From assembly GCA_004764695.1 (NCBI GenBank), contig SMSO01000031.1, positions 4,130,436-4,194,435 on the forward strand: DNA of 64,000 nt, written 5' to 3'. How positions within the stretch are numbered: position 1 is the stretch's first letter; every line of letters begins with the position of its first letter. Under the pieces are notes generated by a model. It saw only the letters and a list, made by a program, of their open reading frames with translations. It was not told the origin of the DNA and made no database searches. This stretch comes from Schizochytrium sp. TIO01. Lineage: Eukaryota > Protista > Bigyra: Labyrinthulomycetes. Positions 48,006-59,020 of this stretch are shown one piece after another. A program made the position numbers and the translations under genes.

Positions 48006-49671
48006 CCAATCAATCTCCCTCTCCTTTCTTGAGTCAAGCTCCTTGCTTCCTCGCTTTGCTTCCTTCTTTCGGTCTTCTGATACACCCTCTCCTGTTGACT
48101 TGAATGGGCAAGCGGGTCGCCGTTCTCCGTAGAGTCGCCTTTCTTTCCCCATGTCGCAAATCCCCAAAAGTCCCAGCTTCTCCATCTCATTAAGGAAAAG
48201 AAATGAAAAGACGTCTTTAATTCTTCCTCTGCTTCTTCTTCTTCTTATTGTTATCATTGATCTTGTTCTTGTTGTTCTTGTAAAGAAGCTGAAAGCTGTA
48301 TAAACATAATTGGATTGAGGGATCATTAGCGGCAGGACAACATGGAAGTGTGAAGAGCGCGCTGCATTCCCTCCTCCCTCGTTCTCGAGAAGCTGACTGG
48401 CCCCGCAGAGGTGGACTACCCACCGTGTACCCACAGCCTGTGCAAGCGTCATGGATGGGAACGGTAAAACAGACGCTCTTCTGCCCTACAAGTCGTTCTC
48501 TTTTGCCCTTCTTGTGCGCGAGAATTAAGTCAGTCTCGTCATCGAAGTCCTTATTCCTGCTATTTCCCCCCGTTGCTGCTGATGATGCCCACACACCGGA
48601 TTCTTATTGGTGCTGTTGTTGTCATCACAAAACCACAAACAAGCCATGAATGGACCACTCGTTGCGCTGGCAGAAGCCAGGAATGAAGGACCTTCGGCCC
48701 AGTTTCGTGCATGCATTAACCATCTATGGTCTTGATTATTGCTGTTTCTCTGTTTCTTTTTTCTTTTCTTTTTTAATAGGAGACTTATTGTACTTTAAAA
48801 GTGAATCGTTATTTTTAAAAGCAAGGGCAATAAATCATTAAAACTCTAATCAACTATACATATGGGGTTCTTCCAAGTATTTCTAAAACAACAAAGACTC
48901 TGTTTGAAGCACTTGCGTTAGTTAGATCTTGTTTAGATCTCGTCGTCTCCAAGTCCGCACGTATTACGCCACAACAAGCAGTTAGTCAGTAGCTAGTCAG
49001 TTAGCTAGTTAGTTCACTAGTCGGATAAATAAGAGAGAGAGAGAGATAGTCAAAGGTCATAGGGCTGTAGTGAATTAATTGGCTGTAATTTGTGAAACCG
49101 CTTCTCTGTCAACTTGGATATCCATGCGGATACTTATTTTGCTTGTCGAGACCTGCATCCACAAGCTGTGAGACTATTCTCGTTTTATCTCCTCCTCTTC
49201 TTCTTCTACTTCTCGTTGTTGGACGCGCCCATAATAATAAGTCCGCTAAACAGGCACTCTTGGCTAAACGAAGGACGGATGCCTCCGGTTTTCAAGAATA
49301 GACCACCTTCAACGTTTAAATGTGAAGAGGCGTTCTCTCACTCTCACGAGTCAGGTAACTAACACTAACTACTCCACTTTATCAGGAGCACAAAGGTGAG
49401 TGAGCGAGACAGGGCTGGGCTCGTTCTAACAGGAAGATAGATACCTAGTGTCGTTAGGAATTTTAACTTATTAATAATTAATATAATATATAAATAAGTG
49501 CAAGCATAGCTTTCTTTCATTCCTTTCTCTTTTCTCTCTTTGTATTATTACTTCTGTTATTATTATTACATACGCATGTATTTAAGCTTTCGCGTCAAAG
49601 CCTGCCTTTCTTCTTCTATTCCAGCCATGAGGTCCTCTCTTAGTTACAAGGAAAGCATTCTCATTGGATCC

Positions 49672-49711
<40 letters not shown>

Positions 49712-52020
49712 CTTCCTTCCTTCCTTCCTTCACCCTTCCTTCCTCCCTTCCTTCCGTTAAAGCCTGCTATCCAGAACATTCACGAGAGCAGGCCCGAAGA
49801 ACAGGCAGCACGTGGCCTCTCTCTCAGCCAGCTGTCGCTCTCTCTCCCTTAACCCCTCATCGTAGAGCCCACCTAGCCACCCATTGGTTCAATCCAGTTA
49901 GTTGTATTGCGAATATTTCATACACGGTATTCATTCATCATACATGCATTCATGCATATAAACCATGCGGACGTACATATAAAGTTTGAGTGAGCACATA
50001 CACACATACAGGCAGATAATTTGCTTATAGTCCTCTATTTTTTTATTTATTTTTTAAACAAAGTTTTAATCTTAATTTTTAAGTTTAATTTTTAAGTGAG
50101 TAGGCCTACTCTGATGCTTTAAAAATATATATTACAAAATAACTCAATCGATTAAAAAATGAGAAACAGGACGAATCCACCCCGGCCAGAAAAGAACGAG
50201 GAGGCCGGCGAGTAGCTAGGAGGGAAGCTCGTCGCAGCTAGCTTAGTGTTCTCTGGCCTCACGAAGGCAGCGTTATTCGCTCCCAAGCAGAGAGACTGTG
50301 GCGCCGCTGCTGCTCGAGCTATTTTTATTTTTGTTTTTGAAGTGCCTGAGCCCCAGCTTTGCAGCCTCACTCTCGAAAATATGGTTCACCTCAAGTTCTC
50401 AATCCCCATTACCTAAAAGAAGCCTGAGCTGAGTTTTCTTACCCCGGCAGGTATCTATCTACCTAGCTAAAACCATAGAGGAAGCAAAGCAGCAAGCAAG
50501 CAGGCAAGCAATCATCAGTTTGTTTCCATTTCACCCCCACACCTCCCCGCAGCGGCAGTACATGGAAAGCTGAGCAGCGCAGAACAATCTCCGGAAGGGT
50601 AACAGCCCTTCCTTCCCTTGCTCTTGCTATTTCGCTTTTGCTCTTCCGCTTTTGCTCTTCTGCTCGCTTTCGCCTGCCTTTGCTTGCGGAGGCCTCCCTT
50701 GGAGCTGCTAAAGTCTCCTCCGGCCGGGTCAAAGGCCTTCCCCCCCGGCTCCGAGAAGGCAATCGACGCAACGCGCGATGGATGCGACGCGGCTGTCGAT
50801 CCGACGAGCCAGGCTCTAAAAGCACTAAGAAGGAGAAGAAAGAAAGGGGAACAGAGTGAGTGAACAAGTGAATAATAAGTGAGTGTGAGTGTGTGAGACT
50901 GAGTGGTGAGGGAGCGAATGAGTGAGGGAGCGAATGAGTGAGGGAGAGAATGAGTGAGTAAGAGTAAGTGGGTAACTAACTAGCTGAGTGGGGAGAGAAA
51001 TGAAGACGGATGAATGAATGAATGAATGAATGAATGAATGAATGAATGAATGAATGAATGAATGGAAACAACTTCAGGAACACCAGTGATGCGAGCCAGA
51101 CGGAATCACCGCTCAGGGTTAGTTAGCTAAAGTATGCAGGTACTCCTAGCTAGCTGTAGCTAAGCAAGCTAAAGGTATTTTTCCTTTTCTCTTTCTCGTT
51201 TTCTGGTTTTGAGTTCCTGTTCCAGTACCGGTCGCTTCCTTCTTTTGTTTCTTCTGCGGATAGACTCGTTTGATTAGAAAGCAAGTAAGCTAACAAGGAG
51301 GCAGGCAATAAAAGGAGGCAGGCAAACAGGCTGGCAGAACAAGCACGAGAACAGAACGGGGGGTAATCGTCTCTCCAAAAAGAGCAAGAAGGAGAGGAAG
51401 AAAGATAAAAGGCCTTTGCGTTCTCTCCCTTGATTCTATCAAGTGAGTCCCGTCGTTGCAAGTTTCCCACTGCGCTGCGCCTGTCGTCCATCTTTAAAGC
51501 ACTAAAAGTAAACAAAAACTGGTCTTCACGATAACATTAATCAATTAATTAATTAATTAATAATTTATTTATTTATTTATTATAGTTTATTATTATTATT
51601 ATTATTATTATTTAATAATGAACAAAGTTTTTCACCAGATGAGCCGGGTAGGTAGGTCCCGCTAATACCCTGATACCGCCTTGTAACCAAAGAAGATCAC
51701 GACATCGACGGCACAGAACTGTGTCTCCTATTGTCGTCAAGAAAAAGTGCGCAGGAGGTAGTAGGAAGAAAGACCGCACCAGAGGAAGCATCGTGGAGCT
51801 GGCGGAAAGAAAGCATGCATACCTTCTTTCGTCTAGGTTTAGCACAGGCGGGCGATCCGAGCAGAGCAGGGACGCTCGAGGCCTTTCATTACCGTGGCCC
51901 TCTCTTGCTTCCTGTCGTTAATACTCTTCTTCTTCTCCGTCTTCTGCTTCTCCGCGGCGGCTGCTGCTGCTGCCTGTGCTGGTTGAGCGAGGAAGTTCTT
52001 CTAATAAATCTGTTTTTCTC

Positions 52021-52075
<55 letters not shown>

Positions 52076-52894
52076 CTCTGCTTTTCTCTCTCCTTTTCTC
52101 TTGTTGTGATAGGTATGCTTGTTTTCCCACGCCTCCACAGTGCCTTCTCGCGGCTTGTTCTTTTTGGTCTCTCCGTGCCTACAGAGAGCCTCTGCCAGAC
52201 CTAGCCCGCCCTAACCCACATGACATACGTCCCCTCTCGCAGCTTTCACGGAAGTGAGGGGAGTGTGTTGCGGTCCGTCGTCGGCCTTTCTCCTGCAGGA
52301 GTGGCGGTCCTACGTATGGGTAACACTAACCGTAAGAGTGCCCGGAATGCCTGCCCTACTGCCAATTCCCCTTTGTTTTATTTTAAAATATTAACATTTT
52401 TCAAATTATATATACATAGCAAGAGTATAGTTTTTTTTTCTCTCTCTCTCTTAATCTCAGAAAAATAATCAGACAATAAATTGAAAAGACTGGGGCTAAA
52501 AAACAAAATGAAGCGCATTGAATAGAAAATTTTACATTTTTCTCTCTAAATAAAAGATTCTTCTGAGGATTTCAAAGGTTGTTTTGATTGCTGAGAAAAT
52601 AAGGTCCGCTTGACTGCTACAAACGTACTTTGGCCAGAAATTGTCTGCGCTGTGGCGGTCATTTTGAGTCTTTCCAGCTCCTCGCGAAGGCTTCGAGCTT
52701 TGCGTTCTTTCCTGCATTACCCATGAAAACGTTACAACTTCTATCATGATAACCTCAAATGGTAGTGACTGTTCCAGATAAATGGTATACATATGATAAT
52801 TCTATAAGAAGTATAGGTTTCGTAAGAAAATGGGATGGCCAGGGAACCTGGCCACCAAATCCAAACCCTACAATGAAGCAAACATTTAATTCAA

Positions 52895-53290
52895 GATTTC
52901 TTGCATTCGGCTCTGCGTAAAGTACAGGGTTATCTTTTGCCTAAATGTGAAAGCTCAGCAAGTTAACAAGAAGCTAATGAGTTGGATCAAAAATCAAGAC
53001 AGCTCGAATGATGTGTTGTTTGTTGGCTTCCGACAAGCGCTCATTAAGAAAGCCGAGGATTCCCCCCTGCGACTGGTGTAAACTAATTATCTTCTGAGAT
53101 GAGACGATTGCACTTCAAAGCCATGCAATTAATGTGGTACCACCCACGACAACCTCGGAACATCCAAGGTTCTCAAATGTCATACCAAAAAATGCCAATA
53201 CGTAGCCAATCTTGATATCTATATACGCTGCCAGAGGCATCAAGCTACGCTACCTATCCAAGGACATGGTTGAAGAGTTGTCTTTGAGTC
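52895..53290 (+). pseudogene. Fanzor2/TnpB C-terminal fragment (copy B)
   Basis: RLCVKYRVI/LPKCESS, KIKTARMMC, FRQALIKKAEDSP, WCKLII..DE, CTSKPCN*CGTTHDNLGTSKVLKCHTKKCQYVANLDI and YAARGIKLRYLSK. Collinear with copy A. Confidence 0.9.
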
Positions 53291-53387
53291 GCGGGCTAAA
53301 AGCTAAGCCGCGATTGGGCCTTCGACCTGCTTTGCAACCATATATGAAATGCAAGCTTTGCAATTTTTATAGGTTAAATTCAGAGTG
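53285..53387 (+). ncRNA. Putative omegaRNA scaffold / element right end (homologous tracts at about 37430-37530 minus and 56600-56649 plus)
   Basis: Tract downstream of the Fanzor C-terminal motifs, conserved between copies, with imperfect stem-loops. Its position matches TnpB/Fanzor right-end RNAs. Expression is not shown. Confidence 0.55.
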
Positions 53388-54422
53388 TTAAGTAGCAAAA
53401 TGCGCCTCGGTACTACCTTCCACTTTAAGATATGAGTTGTGTTACTCTCTACTTTATGTAGAAGAACGGTGCTTACAGCACATACGCTGAAAGTAGTTGT
53501 CTCGTTACAGTACTTTGCTTGTTTGATTGTTTGATTGTTTGATTGTTTGATTGTTGCTGCTGCTGCTACTGCTATCGTATTAAAGAGATCCATGGCGGAG
53601 AAGGCGCCTGTAGGAGTCCTGGCTTTCAGAGACGATGGCGGTGGCGCTTTCCGTAGTCTGCAGAGGAAGAAGCCGCAGACGAAGTAGCTGCAAATGGCTA
53701 TTGTGTAGCTGACGGGGGGAGAAAGTCAACAATCAAAACGATTAATTTAAAAAAAGCTTGTTTCTTTAATTAAGCTTTTTGGTTTAAAAAAATTATTTAT
53801 AATTAAAAAAAAAAAAAAAAACTCTCAACTACTGATCAATCTGCCTGTTGAAGAAAGTCAAGCAATTAACCACCTCGCCCAATCAGCCCAAGGACGAACG
53901 AAGGAACAGAGCGTACGAAAGGTGAAGAGAAGGTCAATTCGGACGAGTAAGAAAACTGAGGGATGCGATTTCCCGGCGGCGAGCTTCAACTTGGACCGCG
54001 CGAGCATCTTGCGGTGCCGATGTGCCATCATCGTAGAGATCTGTTTGTTGCTCTCCTTTCCTGCCTTCTTCTTACCTTCTTGACTTTATCTCGTTTCGAA
54101 AATTGGAAAATATCTTCATCTATTGTTACTTTAACTCTTTTCTTTCTTGGCAGGTACTCGTAGGTAGTAGGTATAGGGGCCTGATTAATCCATTTTGAAA
54201 TACGTTCTTGCTTACTTTCATTACGCAAAATGAACCCAACCTCGAGCACGTGCGCACAAAAACACTTTTGATTAATATTCTTAATTACCATTTAATATTT
54301 TTATAATCTATTTTTTTTAATACCCATATGATCATCGCGTTATCTCTCTCTCTCTTTTTATCCAAGGAAGCGATTTCATGAAAGTGGGTGGGTGGTAGGC
54401 AGCCCCTACATACTACTACTAG

Positions 54423-54453
<31 letters not shown>

Positions 54454-55570
54454 GCTACGACGCAAAAAGAAAAAGAAAAAAAAGACTTCGAGGGCCTCGA
54501 GGGAAAAAAACGCAACCGCTCTGTGGCTTCTGCCGGCTTTCCTTCGAGCGGGCGGCCGGCGTGCGCCCTTGCCAGCGCCGCTGCCGGCCACGCCTTGGCC
54601 TCACGGCGAGGCGTCGCTGGTGCCGGCTCCAGAGGGATATTCGCGCTCTCCGAACATCTGGCCTCCACTCCGCAAGTACCGGCCCAGCGGAGCACCGCAG
54701 AGAAGAGCAGAGCAGAGCAGAGCAGAGCGATAAAAGAATGCCGCGTGAATGAAACCACGATTTTTCAATTGTTCCTTTTTTTTTTTTTTTTTTTTTTCTC
54801 CTTTTTTTCTCTCCTTTTTTTCAAGATTAAAAAACTGCAGGAAGAAGTTTAAACACTTTCTTCTTTCATTTCTTTTAATACTGTAGAAAGAAAATGAAGA
54901 AGAGTGGGGTTTTATTTAAAGGTAATTTTGAGCCTTCGCTGACTGTGGCGATGCAGTATAAAGATAGATAGGCCTACGCAGGGATAATAAGAGGAAGGAA
55001 AGGATTGGAAACTTGAGGACAGATCGCAATAGGGAGGGCAACAAATAGGAGAAGAAGAGCTTTGCCGACTGACCGAACGGCGCTGCCTGCTGCCAGCGAG
55101 TAAGCCTTCGCGCAGACGGGGCGAGGAGTCTCAAGGCGAGAGCCTGAGGAGAAGAAGCCTCGAGGTCGCAGGTCCTCCTTAGCTAGCTAGCTAGCTAGCT
55201 AGCTAGCTTGATTGAGATAGTCGCAGCCGGAGCTAGCTAGCTACTTTTAAAGTCAGCTTCAGACAATCGTCCATTGAAAGCTCGCTCTGGCAAGCAGAAC
55301 GAAGAGGCCTTGGCAGTTCGTGCCGCATTGTAAGCGAGGCCCATTCTCTTCTTGCGTGCGTTTGTTGCTTGCTTGCTTACGTGCTTGCTTGCTTGCTTAG
55401 TTGGCATCTACTTTTCGTTGGGGCTGTCAAGCATGAGCGGATGAACCACGTGAGGTACCTATGAAAACGTTGGAACTTAACCTCCAAATGGGACGTATGT
55501 TTCATAAAGCCTAAGTGATATATTATAATGACTTAGGCCTTTTGTTGAGAAGTGAAGGCGAGGTAAGAAA

Positions 55571-56293
55571 ATGGCACGCCGAAGGAATCACCAAGCTCCA
55601 AACACTACAAGTGAAGCAAACCTTCAACGCAGGCTAGGAGCAGCTCGATAAAAGCGTCGGTGTCTCGGCAAATACACTTCAGGTGCCCCCGGCAGAGACA
55701 TGCGCATCACATGTATTCGGGGGCCGCAATCAACGCTGCACTCATCGTACAATCATCTATGCCAGAGTGCCCTCTGCCAAGCAACAAGAAGGCTTCGAAC
55801 GCCAGATTGATGATCTTCAGAGTGCATATGCAGACGCATCCGCCGCCTACAAAGATATCGGTATCAGAGGCAACTTCCTGTAAGAGCGGCGGAGTTGGCC
55901 AGGTTGTGGTCATGCACCGCAACCGACTTGCGCGAGTTGTCATCGACCTCCTTGAGCAGCTTGCCGAAGAAGAAAATGGCAAACTCGTGGTACACGGCCA
56001 AAATGTGTATGCCGACGACTCCGACACCTTTACAAGGGACCTCCTTGGAAATCACCACCGGCTTTCTGGCGTCGCAGCAGCATGGAAAACAAGCAGCGCA
56101 AACTATACGGCGTCAACGCAGCAAGGAAGAAGCGAGCGTGCGTGAAGGCACACAAGACGACCAAAAAGGAGTGCAATTTAGTTCGTGCATAGAGGATCCG
56201 CGTCTATCCAACGTAAGGCCAGTGCAACTCACTCAGAAAGTGGTTTGGCGTTTCCAAAAGAGCTTACAACGTCGACGTTGCCTTTCATTATGA
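55571..56293 (+). pseudogene. tnpA: IS607 TnpA serine recombinase pseudogene (copy C)
   Basis: Across frames: VGVSANTLQ (HTH), RTIIYARVPSAKQQEGFERQIDDLQSAY..KDIGIRGNF, GVGQVVVMHRNRLARVVIDLLEQL..GKLVV, RDLL/EITTGF..HGKQAA. These match the IS607 consensus YARVSS.KQ..DLERQ, DIGSG.N, VVV.H.DRL.R and EDLLAI...F....G. The catalytic Ser codon is CCC (Pro) at 55770. Confidence 0.92.
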
Positions 56294-56600
56294 TTTGCAA
56301 AGGTAAAAATAAAGTCGTGGCCCTGTATCAAGATACATGCGTTAGGAAGGATCCTAAAACGCTTCAAATGCTGATAGACGAGAAAGGTGATCCTAAAATC
56401 TTCGGCGATAGCTATGGAGAAGTGAAAGTAGTACGCCTTAAAGAAGCTGTGATCGCTCCTGATTGGGTCTTCGAAGTACCACAAGCTGTGCGCAATCCAG
56501 AGATCGTTAATATTTTTTCGAAGCTACCGATTTTGGTCAAGGCAAAAATGGGAATTTGATGTCCAAAAGGAAAGATGCCATTCGCTCTTCTCGCCCCACG
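56082..56600 (+). pseudogene. Fanzor2/TnpB N-terminal fragment (copy C)
   Basis: An ATG at 56082 inside the tnpA 3' end reads MENKQRKLYGVNAARKKRACVKAHKTTKKECNLVRA*RIRVYPT*GQCNSLRKWFGVSKRAYN, the TnpB N-terminal motif K.RLYPT..Q...L..WFG..R..YN. PDWVFEVPQAVR follows later. Confidence 0.88.
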
Positions 56601-59020
56601 TCAACATAGAAATCTCAAGCGTTACAACTTCTATAGGTTAGTTACTAGGCAATTTACCTAGTAGGTACCTACTGGTGCATATTTCTTTTCAAGCACTAGT
56701 AAATTATACATAAAGAACTCCAAATAAAATGGCTTTGTATACCTCCACCTCATTCGTTTCATGCGGGTCCTGATAGCGAGGCAGTGAGTCCTTCGATTTG
56801 GCTTCAAAAGCAGCGCAGGACCGACCTCTGCAAAGGCCTGTCTGGGATGGAGTCGCGCTGCGCAGCTGAACGCGGATGCCTCGCGTGGAGCCATCGCTGA
56901 TGATGTCTAGGATTGCGAGAGAAAGGCCTTTTCTTCGCCCTCCTTCTTTCTTTGCTTTCTTTCTTTCTGCTTCTTTGGGCCTCATAATGATCCTCCTATC
57001 AATTAATCTTAAATAAAGAAGTTGGCTTTTTGTTTTTGTTTTTGTTTGTTTTGCTTTTAACCTCTTCCTGTTTATTTTCATTATAAGTTAGTTTATAAAA
57101 CAGTTTTGAACAATAAATGGAAAGCTACACACCAACCACCTCCTTGATGAGTAGAACCAAAGCTTCAATTGACCAAGTTTTTTTATTTTAATAAATCAGC
57201 ATAACTTCTTGAGCTTTGATCTCCGTTTCGGTGCTGTGCCAACAAGATTTTTATTTCCGTTCTGCATGCTCTTTCTACAGAAAGAATGAAGACACCTAGA
57301 CCAAGATTCTATCTTCTTTCACCTGAAAGTCAAAAGTGTTTTCTCCTTCAGAGGAAATCCCGAAAGATGGATCAGCACTACTTTTTCACTTTTCTCTTTC
57401 TTTCAGCCGCCGCTTTCCTCATCTTTTCTAATTTCCGTATTTGTGAAAGAACTTCCACAAAGTGTGTCTACTTTGAACTGAGGGTCCCCACAGGAGTCGG
57501 CGTGTGTACTGCGAAGTCACGGCTGGTTGCGGACCCCAGTGGGAACTCTCGCTCGCGCTTTTATCATTACTTTTTTTCTTTTTTTTAAGTACTTTATCCC
57601 TCTTGTCTTAAAACAAAAATATAAAAAAAAAATATTAAAAAATCTGCTCTTTTCATTCCATAACTAACAATAATAACAACAACTGAAATAAATATTACGT
57701 GTTCACCACCTTGATAATTTACCAAATAAATAACAGAAACTATTTTTTTTGAAGTTAATTAAAATAATATCTACTGATAAAGTACTAAGAAGCATCAACG
57801 ACTTTCAGAACATTAGCGGCAGGCTCTCGACAGCCGAACGACGGTCTTTGTACAGAGCAGTGCGAGGAAATAGCAAATAGAAAGGGTCGAATGATAGGAG
57901 AGCCGTGGCGAGGAGAGTGCAGAGGCTCACATGATAGAGTAGAGAGTAATCTATCCTCTGTTTTCTTTCTTTTTTAGCCATCCATCCATCCATCCATCCA
58001 TCATGACTCTTCTGCATGGGTACCTTACCTACCTAATTAATACCTAGCAGTGCCTAGTGACAAATAGAGTGAGCTCTTTCTTGGTGTTGTTGTTGTTGTT
58101 GTTGTTGTTGTTGTCTTCTCTCAAGCTAGAAGAACACAAAAAAAGGTTGTAGATAGGTAGGTGGTTACTACCTGGCCTAGCTTATGCTAGTTCTGCTGCT
58201 TGGAATTACGCTTTTGCTTATTGCGCGTTCTCATCATGCGAACCAGATCACACAGCCACCGAGTATTACAGTTAGTCAAGTTGTGTTTGGAAGGTCCTGA
58301 ACCCTCGCATGGAGTGACTGTTTTGATCGACCACACTGTCATTGTCCTTTGGTCTTTGGACAATCAACAATTGCAAAATCAACCCTGTAAATCCCTTCAA
58401 AGTGATTGTTACTGGCAATCACATACACAAAACCAAGTTGACGCTAGAGTTGAGTGAGATACGAAAGTGACAGTGAGACATCGTCTTAGACTCATTAAGA
58501 TTCTCTTGGTCCATTTTCAGCATAACGTAGACAAAAAAAATAACACCAGCAGGCCACAGAAAATAAACAGGGTCGGCAATTCAACACAGAACAGTCTCCT
58601 GCAAGTTTGTATAATGAGTGCATTCAATTCTACAAGGTTCACCATCTTTAGATAATTTTTTTTTAAATTTGTTTATAATAGTAAGTTGTGTGACGTAAAT
58701 TCTGGAGTGCAGTCATTCGAGTATATATACTTTCTACTACGCAGCCGCACATACATACATATATGCATGGGCGAAATCGGAATTTGGAATTTGGAATTTG
58801 GCCTTTCAACTTTCGGCTTTCAGCAGAAGATAGAGTAAAAAGGAATTAGGTAACGATTCATAAAAGTCTTTGTTTACTGCAGCAAATATCTTTCCTTGTA
58901 CGCTGTCGCCCACGTTTACACACCCAAACAAACTTTTGTTCAGAATGGTAGGTTGCGCAATGGCTTTTCATGACGACAATCAATGGTATACATATATATA
59001 TTTGCCATTCTCAACATTAC

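Larger units (their letters stand above)
52718..53387 (+). mobile_element. IS607-Fanzor2 element, copy B (shortest, MITE-like)
   Basis: Left end TACCCATGAAAACGTT..AACCTCAAATGG..GTAAGAAAATGG, with the tnpA ATG at 52830 and about 60 nt retained. Jumps to the Fanzor C-terminus, then right end GAAATGCAAGCTTTGCAATTTTTATAGGTTAAATTCAGAG. Confidence 0.88.
55455..56649 (+). mobile_element. IS607-Fanzor2 element, copy C (TnpA plus Fanzor N-terminus, nuclease lobe deleted)
   Basis: Left end GTACCTATGAAAACGTT..AACCTCCAAATGG..GAAGTGAAGG..GTAAGAAAATGG, then tnpA, the overlapping Fanzor 5' part, and right end GAAATCTCAAGCGTTACAACTTCTATAGGTTAG. Confidence 0.9.
40600..58900. repeat. Gene-poor region dense in microsatellites
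   Basis: (CAA)n ~41195-41230, (TTTC)n ~42198-42292 and ~52018-52075, (GA)n ~43540-43570, (CAAT)n ~47944-48013, (CAG)n ~49674-49710, (GAAT)n ~51010-51063, plus TCTG/TATG/GAGT/CTAG runs. No credible host ORF. Confidence 0.85.

Noticed and set aside
52710-52760. ALPMKTL read as a decayed RuvC-I (ALDPGxRTF) motif
   Set aside because: The nucleotides align with the non-coding left ends of copies A and C, so this is element terminus rather than coding sequence.
52532-52792. Minus-strand ORF with QNDRHSADNF resembling the TnpB DRDxNAAxN motif
   Set aside because: No preceding zinc finger. The real Fanzor relic is on the plus strand further downstream, so this is a chance resemblance.
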